Source: Candidatus Aenigmatarchaeota archaeon (GTDB taxonomy: Archaea; Aenigmatarchaeota; Aenigmatarchaeia; PWEA01; JACQIF01). Taken from it: DNA of 64,000 nt. Shown here in pieces: positions 49,163 to 58,091 of the stretch (position 1 is its first letter; every line of letters starts with the position of its first letter). Position numbers and translations under genes: made by a program. The notes under the pieces were generated by a model, which saw only the letters and a program-made list of their open reading frames with translations, made no database searches and was not told where the DNA came from. The stretch spans positions 576,001-640,000 of the forward strand of contig CP066684.1 in the NCBI GenBank assembly GCA_016432325.1, given 5' to 3'.

Positions 49163-50908
49163 ATGGTCAACGTTCTGGGCATATCCGCGTACTTCCACGA
49201 TTCGTCCGCGGCGCTCGTCAAGGACGGCGTCGTCGTTGCCGCAGCGGACGAGGAGCGCTTCACGCGCGTCAAGCACGACAATGCGTTTCCGATAAACGCG
49301 ATAAACTACTGCCTGAAGGAAGGAGGCGTCACCGCCGAACAAATAGACTACGTCGCGTTCTACGAAAAGCCTTTCATAAAATTCGAGCGCGTCCTGAACC
49401 AGTTCCTGCAGTCCTTCCCGAGTGGCGGATACACGTTTTACAAAGCGATGCCTCCATGGCTCACGCAAAAACTGCGCATACGCCAGACCCTGCGCAAGAA
49501 GCTCGGCTTCCGCGGACGCACGCTGTTCCTTGAACACCACATGGCCCACGCCGCGTCGTCTTATCTCGCTTCTCCGTTTGACGAGTCCGCGATACTCACC
49601 ATAGACGGCGTGGGAGAGATTACGACGGCCGCGTGCGGATACGCGAAAGGCAATGACATCACGCTGACGAGACGTCTGGAATTCCCGCACTCTCTCGGTC
49701 TTCTGTACAGTACTATAACGGCGTACCTCGGCTTCAAGGTCAACAACGACGAGTACAAGGTGATGGGTCTCGCGCCTTACGGCAAGCCGACGTACTACGA
49801 CAAGCTCCGCAAGACTCTCGCGATAGGCGAAGACGGAAGCGTCCATCTCGACATGAGATACTTCGTCTATACGAAAGAACTCTCAATGGCCGGGAAGAAG
49901 CTCTTCGAAGAGCTGGGCCCGCCACGCAAACGGGAAGAACCTGTCGAGCAGATGCACAAGGACATCGCCGCGAGCGTCCAGAAGATAACAGAGGAGGTCA
50001 TAATCAAGATGGCCCGTTCGGTTTACGAAGAAACCAAATCAAAGAACCTCTGCGTGGCGGGCGGCGTCGCGCTGAACAGCGTCGCCAACGGCAAGATTCT
50101 CAGGAGCACGCCTTTCGAGAACATCTTCATCCAGCCTTCTGCAGGCGATTCAGGAACGAGCCTCGGCGCGGCGCTCTACGCGTACAACACTATTCTGAAG
50201 AATCCGAGAAAGTACGTGCAAACGCACGCGTATCTCGGCCCCGGATATTCGCGCGACCAGATTAAGAAATATCTGGACGAGAACAAGATTGTTTACAGCG
50301 AGTTCCGTGACGAACGCGAACTCCTCCAAAAGGTCTCCAAGCTAATCTGGGAGAACAACGTCATCGGCTGGTTCCAAGGAAGGATGGAGTGGGGACCGCG
50401 CGCGCTCGGCGCCCGTTCGATTCTTTCGAATCCGTGCAACCCCGAGATGAAGGACATTCTGAACCTGAAGGTAAAGCACCGCGAAGCGTTCCGCCCTTTC
50501 GCGCCTGCCGTGTGCGTCGATGATGCGGACGAGTACTTCGAGTGCGACGTTCCCGTGCAAGCGCCTACGGACTACATGCTGATGGTCTATCCGATACGCG
50601 AAGAAAAGCGCGCGCTCTTGCCGGCGGTGACGCACGTGGACGGTTCCGGTCGTCTGCAGACAGTACGCCGCGAACAGAATCCTCTTTACTACGACCTAAT
50701 CAAAGAGTTCGGCAAGCTGAGCGGCGTTCCTGTTCTGGTAAACACGTCGTTCAACATCCGCGGAGAGCCCATCGTTTGCGAACCGCGGCACGCGTACAGA
50801 TGCATGATGGGCACTGGAATCGATTTTTTGGTCATGGATAAGTTTTTAATAGCCAGAAGTGCCAATCCGAAGGACATGTGGGACAGCGAAAAGGTAGCGG
50901 GCGATTAA
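49163..50908 (+). CDS. O-carbamoyltransferase (CmcH/NodU/SxtI family)
   Basis: GISAYFHDSSAAL, EERFTRVKH, HHMAHAAS, EYKVMGLA, GPRALG, NTSFN. Confidence 0.95.
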   Translation: MVNVLGISAYFHDSSAALVKDGVVVAAADEERFTRVKHDNAFPINAINYCLKEGGVTAEQIDYVAFYEKPFIKFERVLNQFLQSFPSGGYTFYKAMPPWLTQKLRIRQTLRKKLGFRGRTLFLEHHMAHAASSYLASPFDESAILTIDGVGEITTAACGYAKGNDITLTRRLEFPHSLGLLYSTITAYLGFKVNNDEYKVMGLAPYGKPTYYDKLRKTLAIGEDGSVHLDMRYFVYTKELSMAGKKLFEELGPPRKREEPVEQMHKDIAASVQKITEEVIIKMARSVYEETKSKNLCVAGGVALNSVANGKILRSTPFENIFIQPSAGDSGTSLGAALYAYNTILKNPRKYVQTHAYLGPGYSRDQIKKYLDENKIVYSEFRDERELLQKVSKLIWENNVIGWFQGRMEWGPRALGARSILSNPCNPEMKDILNLKVKHREAFRPFAPAVCVDDADEYFECDVPVQAPTDYMLMVYPIREEKRALLPAVTHVDGSGRLQTVRREQNPLYYDLIKEFGKLSGVPVLVNTSFNIRGEPIVCEPRHAYRCMMGTGIDFLVMDKFLIARSANPKDMWDSEKVAGD

Positions 50909-50909
50909 T

Positions 50910-51059
50910 ATGGGAATGGCAAGCGAACTCGTCGGATTTTTGGTGAAAGAGAAGAAGTGGTGGCTCGTTCCGGCGGTCGTGCTGCTGCTCGTCGTCGGAA
51001 TACTGATAATATTTGCCGCAGCTTCGCCTGTCTCGCCCTTCATCTACGCGCTGTTCTGA
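50910..51059 (+). CDS. SxtK/DUF5989-like small membrane protein (49 aa; absent from ORF track)
   Basis: MGMASELVGFLVKEKKWWLVPAVVLLLVVGILIIFAAASPVSPFIYALF. Confidence 0.85.
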   Translation: MGMASELVGFLVKEKKWWLVPAVVLLLVVGILIIFAAASPVSPFIYALF

Positions 51060-51181
51060 CGATGAGCCCGTTAAATGCCTTCAAGCCGTGTTTCTGACCA
51101 AAACCTTTATATAGCCCCCCAGCGCCCTTTAAAACGTACTTTACGCGGTTCGATAATTCAGAAACAAACGGGGGTGAAATG

Positions 51182-51346
51182 ATGGCTGTTATAGTTAAGA
51201 GCGCGGTCAAGGACTGCTGCAAGGGTTTCAACGTCAGCGCAGACTTCTACGGCGCGTTGGACTCTTCTGTGCAGAACGTGATAAAGGCCGCTTCGAAGCG
51301 CGCGTCGGCAAACGGTCGCAAGACCGTGCAGGCGAGAGACCTTTAA
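51182..51346 (+). CDS. small histone-fold protein (54 aa; absent from ORF track)
   Basis: SD GGGGTGA; MAVIVKSAVKD...NVSADFYGALD...RASANGRKTVQARDL. Confidence 0.88.
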   Translation: MAVIVKSAVKDCCKGFNVSADFYGALDSSVQNVIKAASKRASANGRKTVQARDL

Positions 51347-51409
51347 TTAAGACAGAACCTCGGGGTTCTCCGTCTTTTCTTTTTTATTCTCCTTTTTTCC
51401 ATTGTTCTT

Positions 51410-51751
51410 ATGCCCGGACAAGGAACCGCGTTCCACCATCTGCACAAGCGCATTCGCGTCCACAAGAAGCTCGAGAAGTATCCGCACCCGGACAGGCTCA
51501 CGAATGCAATGGACAAGCTCATCTACGTGGTGTCCATAATAATGCCGCTTCTGACCGTGCCTCAGGTGCTGACTGTTTGGTTGGACGGAAATGTTTCCGG
51601 ACTGTCTCTGGTTACTTGGGTGTCGTATCTCGTCGCGTCCGTATTCTGGCTGGCTTACGGAATTCTGCACAGGGAGAAGCCGATTATCATATCGAACGTC
51701 CTGTGGATAGTGGTGTTCGCGTTTATCGTCGTTGGAATAATGATGCGCTAG
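51410..51751 (+). CDS. SemiSWEET/PQ-loop family transporter
   Basis: TVPQV, SGLSLVTW, WLAYG, PIIISN. Confidence 0.85.
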   Translation: MPGQGTAFHHLHKRIRVHKKLEKYPHPDRLTNAMDKLIYVVSIIMPLLTVPQVLTVWLDGNVSGLSLVTWVSYLVASVFWLAYGILHREKPIIISNVLWIVVFAFIVVGIMMR

Positions 51752-51754
51752 AAG

Positions 51755-53494
51755 TTAGCCGCCTGACGTCTCGCCGCCACCGGATTCTCCGCCAGTCTCT
51801 TCGCCTCCTGATCCTCCAGAGTCTCCTCCAGATTCGCCTCCGCTAGAATCTCCTCCGCCTTCGGATCCTCCTGTTTCTCCGCCTCCCTGTTCGCCGCCGG
51901 ACGGGGTCGTGTACCCTTCAGGCGTCTGATATCCTTCAGGAGACTGGTAACCCTCTGGCGACTGGTAGCCTTCGGGGGATTGGTAGTTCGGATATTCGCC
52001 ACCTTGTGGAGTCTGGTAGTACTGGCCTTGCTCGCCTCCCGGATAACCGCCCTGGCCCTGCTGGTAACCTTCAGGGCATCCTTCGGGCGGACACTGGAAC
52101 CCTTCCTCATAGCCCGGTCCGCCTGGCTGGCCTGGTCCGGGTCCCTGACCGTATTGTCCCTCCTGTTGCTGGCCGAACCCACAGCTCTCCGGATTCGATT
52201 GACAATAAGACTGGCAGTCCTGCGGCGCAACGCCTGCAGACTGGCAAGCGCTCAGCGCCTTTCCAAAGTCTCCGCCGCCTTCTCCTTCAGGCGGTCCGAA
52301 ACCGCATTCTGTCGGGTTGTTCTCGCAGAAGCTTCGACAGTCACTCGTTGAGATTCCTCTTGACTTGCACGCTTCAAGAGCGCCTCTTGCCTCCTCTGGA
52401 ATCTCGATGCCGCACGCCTCTGGGTCGTTCTCGCAGTAGTTTCGGCAGTCGTCCTGCGACAATCCTTTCTCCTTGCATATCCTCATGATGCCTGCGACGT
52501 CTATTCCCTGTGACTTTGCATTCTGGAAATCTTCGTATTCAGAATCGCTCATGAATCCCACGTCGTGCGACCATTCGACGCACTCTTCGATGTTATCCGG
52601 CTCCTGGCAGTACTCCTCGCAGTCGCGGCCCGTACATCCGCCCGGACCGACGCCGCCTGCCTCGGCGAACTTCTTGGCCATCTCATACTCCTCGTCGCCC
52701 ATGAATCCTATTTCGTGGGCCCACTCGACGCATTCAAGCATGTTGTCGGGATTCTCGCAAAACGCTTCGCAGTCGCGGCCTGTGCAGCCGCCGGGCCCTC
52801 TTCCACCGCTCTCGGCGAACTTCTTGGCAAATTCGTAATCTTCGTCGCTTATCTCTCCCAACTCGTGGGCGAACTCGACGCACGCGAGCATGTTGTCCGG
52901 ATTGTCGCAGAAGGCCTCGCATTCGCTCAGCCTGCAACCGCCAGGACCGACGCCACCGCGTTCAATCATCTTCTTCGCCATGCGCGCGTCCTCTTCGTCC
53001 ATGAAGCCCGCCTTTATCGCGAACTCTATGCATGCTTCCGCGTTGTCCGTATCGTCGCAATAAATTCGGCACTCCTCTTCGTTCGAGCAGCCTCCGGGGG
53101 TCTCGCCTCTCTGTATATACGGCAGGAGTTCCCGCGCATCTTCCAGCTCTTCGGCTGTCATGAGCCCGTTCTCCTCCGCGTAGTCGAGACAGGCTCCCAT
53201 ATTATCCGGGTCAGAGCAGTACGTTCTGCACTCGTCCTCGCTCGAACAACCGCCCAAAGCGGCTATGGACTGGTCGACTCCGGCTCCTGAAACGGTCGAT
53301 TCGATATCGTGCGTCTCGGCGAATGCAGAGCACGCGCCCCAGTTGGCCGGCTCGTTGCAGTACGTCCGGCACTCGTCTTCTGAGGCGCAGCCCCCCAGCT
53401 CCGAGACGGGGAACGTTACGTCGGAAGTTTGCGCGTGGACGTACGTTATGGAAAGCAGGAACGCGAATGCCGCGAAAAACAGTATGCGCTTCAT
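51755..53494 (-). CDS. secreted Cys-rich repeat protein with Gly/Glu/Ser-rich tail
   Basis: signal peptide; repeated GGC..(E/D)C..(Y/F)C..P.N...C units; SPEGYQ tandem repeats. Confidence 0.85.
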   Translation of the reverse strand: MKRILFFAAFAFLLSITYVHAQTSDVTFPVSELGGCASEDECRTYCNEPANWGACSAFAETHDIESTVSGAGVDQSIAALGGCSSEDECRTYCSDPDNMGACLDYAEENGLMTAEELEDARELLPYIQRGETPGGCSNEEECRIYCDDTDNAEACIEFAIKAGFMDEEDARMAKKMIERGGVGPGGCRLSECEAFCDNPDNMLACVEFAHELGEISDEDYEFAKKFAESGGRGPGGCTGRDCEAFCENPDNMLECVEWAHEIGFMGDEEYEMAKKFAEAGGVGPGGCTGRDCEEYCQEPDNIEECVEWSHDVGFMSDSEYEDFQNAKSQGIDVAGIMRICKEKGLSQDDCRNYCENDPEACGIEIPEEARGALEACKSRGISTSDCRSFCENNPTECGFGPPEGEGGGDFGKALSACQSAGVAPQDCQSYCQSNPESCGFGQQQEGQYGQGPGPGQPGGPGYEEGFQCPPEGCPEGYQQGQGGYPGGEQGQYYQTPQGGEYPNYQSPEGYQSPEGYQSPEGYQTPEGYTTPSGGEQGGGETGGSEGGGDSSGGESGGDSGGSGGEETGGESGGGETSGG

Positions 53495-53746
53495 CTATCC
53501 ACCTGAGAACGGGTTTTTGTATCCGTACGGATTGGCCTCGTCAAAGGCGTTCGTATCCGGTATCTTGTTGGTCGCCTCGAACGTTTGGCCCAGTTTCTCC
53601 GTGCCTGCGCCGAACGAAAGGTCGGGCAGGAACAGGCCGTTGCCTCCCGCACCGCCTAAAAGGAAGTAGCCGGCGCCTATCAGAATGACGATGCCGACAG
53701 CTACTATGGCTATTGTAGGTATCTTCTTGCCCTGTTTTTCAGCCAT
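53495..53746 (-). CDS. small single-TM protein
   Basis: N-terminal TM; NPY/NPF tail; abuts the Cys-rich gene. Confidence 0.65.
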   Translation of the reverse strand: MAEKQGKKIPTIAIVAVGIVILIGAGYFLLGGAGGNGLFLPDLSFGAGTEKLGQTFEATNKIPDTNAFDEANPYGYKNPFSGG

Positions 53747-53853
53747 CGAATCTCCTTTATATCGCACTTATAAAAAGCTTTAGAACGGCTATATCGCAGC
53801 GCGGGGGTTCAGGAAACGCAAGCGTTTCAACACCCCCTCGCCTCGAAGTGCAT

Positions 53854-54093
53854 GCGGGGGTTCCGTAGCTTGGTCAATCCCTGAACGGCATTCAAATTTC
53901 CGTTCCGGGAACGAAAAACGGGGGGGACTTAAGTTTGCCGACTTAAGTGCTGAGACACGACGTCTGTGAAAAGAAATCCCCTGGCCTAGCGCCTTCGCAG
54001 GTTCAAACCGGGCTTTCTTTAAAAAGAAAGCACGGGTGCAAAGAAACTCCGGCTTCCGCCATGATGCCGGCGAGAATCCTGCCCCCCGCACCA
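53854..54093 (+). tRNA. tRNA-Leu(TAA) with three BHB introns (D-loop 53877-53916; 37/38 53934-53975; 59/60 54008-54076)
   Basis: GCGGGGG/CCCCCGC-A-CCA; spliced GGGGA-CTTAAGA-TCCCC; Leu variable arm; GCAGG-TTCAAAT-CCTGC. Confidence 0.85.
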
Positions 54094-54122
54094 TTTTTAT
54101 TCTACACCTACCAAATTACGCC

Positions 54123-54287
54123 ATGCCCGTCGCATCAGAACGCCACGTCCACAACAAGAGGAACTGCCGCGCGTTCGTCTCGAGGCACATCAAGGCGCAC
54201 GTGAAAGAAGGCATGCCGCAGAGGCAGGCCGTCGCAGCAGCCCTTTCAGAAGCCCGTCGGTTGGGATGCAAAATCAGCAAGCAGTAA
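54123..54287 (+). CDS. small basic protein
   Basis: VSRHIK...EGMPQRQAVAAALSEARR, a motif typical of small phage-like basic proteins. Confidence 0.6.
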   Translation: MPVASERHVHNKRNCRAFVSRHIKAHVKEGMPQRQAVAAALSEARRLGCKISKQ

Positions 54288-54289
54288 CG

Positions 54290-54682
54290 TCATCTCCGCG
54301 CCGTCTTCAGGCCCCAGACGTACATCATCACAAGGATGGCGACCGCGGCCAGCGCATACTTGGCGAACATGCTCTGAACGACGTAGATTGAGATGCCCAT
54401 TCCTATCGCTATCGCGATGACAGCCGCCTTCTTTGCCCCGAGTGTCATCTGTTTTCTCTTGTAGTTCCTTATCGCCGGTCCGAAGCGGCTTGCCATCAGA
54501 CGGCGATGCAGACGCTTGGACGACTTGGCGAACATGAGCGCAGAGAGGAACAGGAAGTCCGTTCCCGGAACGACGGGCAGAAAGAGTCCTGCCACGCCGA
54601 TGATAAAGAAAAGGATTCCCAGCAAAAGGAAAACCTTCTTTTTGACAGAGCCGAGAATATTCATGAACCCGCCTCGCGTCAT
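54290..54682 (-). CDS. DUF454/YbaN family membrane protein
   Basis: GVAGLFLPVVPGTDF...FAKSSKRLHRRL...FGPAI. Confidence 0.88.
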   Translation of the reverse strand: MTRGGFMNILGSVKKKVFLLLGILFFIIGVAGLFLPVVPGTDFLFLSALMFAKSSKRLHRRLMASRFGPAIRNYKRKQMTLGAKKAAVIAIAIGMGISIYVVQSMFAKYALAAVAILVMMYVWGLKTARR

Positions 54683-54818
54683 TCTTGGCGCCGCCTATTT
54701 ATATCGCGTTGGCAGGCGAGACCCGGAAATGTTGAAATAGAAGCAGTCTTTACAGCAGAAGGGGCTGACGCGAAGGGCGCATATTTAAATAAGCGAAACA
54801 GTATATCCACGCGATAGC

Positions 54819-55505
54819 ATGGGACGTGATAGCATGGGTCTTCTACGGGCGCTCTTCGGTTCGGATGAGGAGAAACTGGCGACACGGAGGGCAACGGCCA
54901 GACGCGATGCCGCACGGTCCGCGGCTGCGAGCATATCATTGGCGCGCAAGGATATAGAAACCGGCAACTTCCATCATTATGCGCGCGCTGAGATTCCCTC
55001 CGACATGTGGGAGCTGAACGAGCTGGATCGAGCGGAACTATGCCTTACAGGCAGCGGTCTTCAGATATCTCCAGAGATAGCCGAATTGAGGAAGACGGCC
55101 ATATTGGCTCGCATGGCTTCCGTAGTAGAGGAGACACTGAAGGCCGAGGATAGTTGTCTCCGATTTCGTCTTGAAGATATCGAGGAGACCACTACCATCG
55201 CGTCGAAGGCAGGCGTACCACTGACGCGCGAGTTCGAGACCGTAGAAATGCAGGCGTTAAGTAGGATTGTCAACTATCACCTCAAGGATTATTGGTACAA
55301 TATGCACGATGGTTGGTATGGGGTTCGGCCCTCAAGCGCCTCTAGTAATGTCCAAGCCGCTCAATACTACATAATGAAAGGAAGGCTGCCTGTTCCAGAG
55401 GAATTCTTTGTTAAACGTGATGCTCTCGAGGAGTTCTTGATGAAGCACAAGAACGTGCTTGCCAAACTCGCTCCCTACGAAGAAAAGCGTAAGAGCGCCG
55501 CCTGA
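54819..55505 (+). CDS. hypothetical protein
   Basis: long ORF with upstream TATA; no motif recognised. Confidence 0.6.
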   Translation: MGRDSMGLLRALFGSDEEKLATRRATARRDAARSAAASISLARKDIETGNFHHYARAEIPSDMWELNELDRAELCLTGSGLQISPEIAELRKTAILARMASVVEETLKAEDSCLRFRLEDIEETTTIASKAGVPLTREFETVEMQALSRIVNYHLKDYWYNMHDGWYGVRPSSASSNVQAAQYYIMKGRLPVPEEFFVKRDALEEFLMKHKNVLAKLAPYEEKRKSAA

Positions 55506-55560
55506 GGCTTCTGCAACCACGCGATATTGAAATAGCTCTTCCTCCAATCAATCGTCGGGT

Positions 55561-56649
55561 GTGCGCTTGAGAATCGTTATGATGGTCGATTTGGATTACT
55601 TCTACGCCCGCGTGGAAGAGAACAGGAGGCCCGAGCTGAAGGGCAAGCCCGTGGTCGTGGGAATGTATTCCGGACGAACGGAAACGAGCGGCGCGGTGGC
55701 GACGTGCAACTATGAGGCTCGCAAATACGGCGTGCGCTCCGGCATTCCGCTCTTCCGCGCAAAAGCGCTTCTGAAAGATGCCCCGAACGCCGTCTTCCTG
55801 CATCCGGATTTTGACGAGTACGAACGCGTGTCGAATAATGTGATGGAGATTCTGCGCAAGCACGCCGAGAAATTTGAGCAGGTAAGCATAGACGAGGCCT
55901 TCCTAGACGTGAGCGACGCGTGCAAGAGCTACGGCGAGGCCGAGAAGCTCGCGAAACAGATAAAGCATGAGATTCTGAAGCAGGAGAACGTGACCTGTTC
56001 CGTAGGCATAGGCCCGAACAAGGTCGTCGCAAAGATGGCCTCGAAACTGCAGAAGCCCGACGGTTTGACGGTCGTGCGCGCAGAAGAATTTGCAAAAACG
56101 TTTGGAGACAAACCCGTGCGCGAGCTTTACGGCATAGGCCCGAAGACCGTTGAGAAACTGGCGGAGATAGACGTCGAGAGCATCGGAGAGCTGGCGCAGA
56201 CCGGCCTGAAACAGCTGCAATCGATTTTCGGGGAGAAGCTCGGGGCGTACTTTCATAACGCTGCGCGGGGCGTAGACGAAGAGGCTGTCGAAGAGAAGGA
56301 GCAGAAGCAGTTCGGCCGCATCGTCACGCTCAAGAAAAACGCGCGGAACGTCAAAGATTTTGAAGATGTGATAGACGAGCTTTCCAAAGACGTCGTTCGC
56401 ATGTGCGCGGAGAAAGGCTTCGAGTTCAAGAACGTCGGCCTGTTCGCTGTGATGGAAGATATGGAAAATGTCACGCGCTCGCGGACTCTTGACGACTTCG
56501 CCACAGACTGGAAGCTCGTCGCGTCTGTAACGAAAGAACTCTACGAGAATCTTCTGAAGGACAGCTCCAAGTCGATAAGGCGCGCCGGCGTACGGGTAGC
56601 GACGCTGAGGAAGAAGGGGGAAGGCCTTAAGAAATTCTTTAAGGGTTAA
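55561..56649 (+). CDS. dinB: DNA polymerase IV (Y-family, Dpo4/DinB)
   Basis: VDLDYFYA, NYEARKYGV, SIDEAFLD, KPDG. Confidence 0.95.
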   Translation: MRLRIVMMVDLDYFYARVEENRRPELKGKPVVVGMYSGRTETSGAVATCNYEARKYGVRSGIPLFRAKALLKDAPNAVFLHPDFDEYERVSNNVMEILRKHAEKFEQVSIDEAFLDVSDACKSYGEAEKLAKQIKHEILKQENVTCSVGIGPNKVVAKMASKLQKPDGLTVVRAEEFAKTFGDKPVRELYGIGPKTVEKLAEIDVESIGELAQTGLKQLQSIFGEKLGAYFHNAARGVDEEAVEEKEQKQFGRIVTLKKNARNVKDFEDVIDELSKDVVRMCAEKGFEFKNVGLFAVMEDMENVTRSRTLDDFATDWKLVASVTKELYENLLKDSSKSIRRAGVRVATLRKKGEGLKKFFKG

Positions 56650-57153
56650 ATGCTTTTGCACGCAATGGAGAGCATGCGATTCTTGGACGGGGCAGAAGCA
56701 GTTGAAGCCGAACGGTTCACCGCGGAAGCCGTGACTGTTGCGAGGCGTTCTCCCTGCGAGAAATCCAAGCGCGGAGTCATCATAGTCAGCGACAGCGAAG
56801 TGATAGGCCGCGGGTACAACAAGCCGCCTGCGGACGTGCCGTGCGTCGAGGAGTTCTGCGGCCTGATATGCAGGAAATATTGCGTTCACGCCGAGACGAA
56901 CGCCGTAATGGACGCGCTGCGCGGCGGCCATGAACTGAAGGGCTCAAGAGGCTATCACATCAAGGTGAAGGGCGGCGCCGTGCGAGATTCCGACGACCTC
57001 TCTTGCGTGCCGTGCGCCGCGCTCGTGCTGGAAAGCGGAATGGGTGAGTTCGTCCTCAAACATCCCCGCGGATTCGCGGTCTATGGCGCGCGGGAGTTCT
57101 ACGAACTGTCGTTAGACGCCTTTATTAGGCAGAAAAGCTCCAATGGTAAGTGA
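56650..57153 (+). CDS. dCMP deaminase-like Zn deaminase
   Basis: SPC, GYN, VHAETNA, SCVPC. Confidence 0.8.
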   Translation: MLLHAMESMRFLDGAEAVEAERFTAEAVTVARRSPCEKSKRGVIIVSDSEVIGRGYNKPPADVPCVEEFCGLICRKYCVHAETNAVMDALRGGHELKGSRGYHIKVKGGAVRDSDDLSCVPCAALVLESGMGEFVLKHPRGFAVYGAREFYELSLDAFIRQKSSNGK

Positions 57154-57380
57154 TTGCAATGTGCTTCACGAAACAGCAGCTCTGGACCGTCGCAGCCGTG
57201 ATTTTCGGCTTGGTGACGTTGCTTCACGCCCTTCGGCTCGCCAACAACTGGGCTGCGCAGATAGGCCCTTACGTTATACCGATTTGGTTCAGCTGGATTG
57301 CTGTCGCCGTTGCAGCGTACCTCGCATACGAGTTCTGGAAGCATTCCGGAGAGAAACCGGCCAAGAAAGGAAGGAAGTAA
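57150..57380 (+). CDS. small 2-TM membrane protein
   Basis: IFGLVTLLHALRL...IPIWFSW. Confidence 0.75.
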   Translation: MIAMCFTKQQLWTVAAVIFGLVTLLHALRLANNWAAQIGPYVIPIWFSWIAVAVAAYLAYEFWKHSGEKPAKKGRK

Positions 57381-57424
57381 TGAAACCGTTGTTTCAAACT
57401 TTCTTCGTATGTCTCGGAAAGTAG

Positions 57425-57892
57425 TCAGCGTTCCCTGAGTCCTTTCTCCCGCGCGATGGTCTTCATGGCCTTGAGTATTCTTGCCTTGCTCACTTCGTCC
57501 GCTTTCTCGAAAACAGACCTCAACTCGTGGTCGTGCTCTTTGTAGAGCCCTGTCCAGTGCCTCTCGACACGAGACTGACTATAGTCCTGGACTTCTCCGG
57601 ACAGAGCGCCTCTCTGGTGATCGTAACCCGCGAGCTTCAGCAGCTCTTCCTTTTCGGACGGGCTGCAGCCGTAGAACTTCAGGGCGGTCGCAAGGAATTC
57701 GTAGGACGGCCTGCCGGGAACGCCGTCGTGGCCGCGGCCTGTTTCTATGTTGTATATGTGGGCTGTGGAGACTCCTACCTGTTTCGCCACGACCTCGCGC
57801 CTCATGCCCAAGTCTTCGCGCTTGACGCGCAGCAGTTTGCCTAGGCGTATCAGCTCTTTCGCATGGCGCCTGTTGTAAGCCCTGAGTCCCAT
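57425..57892 (-). CDS. XRE-family HTH regulator
   Basis: LGKLLRVKRE...VAKQVGVSTAHIYNIETG. Confidence 0.8.
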   Translation of the reverse strand: MGLRAYNRRHAKELIRLGKLLRVKREDLGMRREVVAKQVGVSTAHIYNIETGRGHDGVPGRPSYEFLATALKFYGCSPSEKEELLKLAGYDHQRGALSGEVQDYSQSRVERHWTGLYKEHDHELRSVFEKADEVSKARILKAMKTIAREKGLRER

Positions 57893-58091
57893 TCCAGCAC
57901 CATAGCCATTAACCGCAGGAAGCAATTTAAACCGGACGGGCGCGCCGTTTGAACGTATTTAAAGACTGTACGCGAATCGGAGTACGGTGCTGACAATGCG
58001 CGGTGTTAGTCTTCATCCGGGAATGTAGGAAACCTGTTAGCCGCGCATATTCGAATTCTGAAGTTATAAACTCTGCCTGCGAGGTGTCTCT

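Noticed and set aside
51905-52960. CRISPR-like periodic repeats
   Set aside because: The repeats are in-frame coding repeats of the Cys-rich protein, with no unique spacers and no cas genes.
3611-56931. Many long antisense or overlapping ORFs (e.g. 3611..4639, 18287..19345, 20804..22144, 35850..36986, 38364..39503, 55903..56931)
   Set aside because: They are shadows of well-supported genes, expected with GC-rich third codon positions, and carry no motifs.
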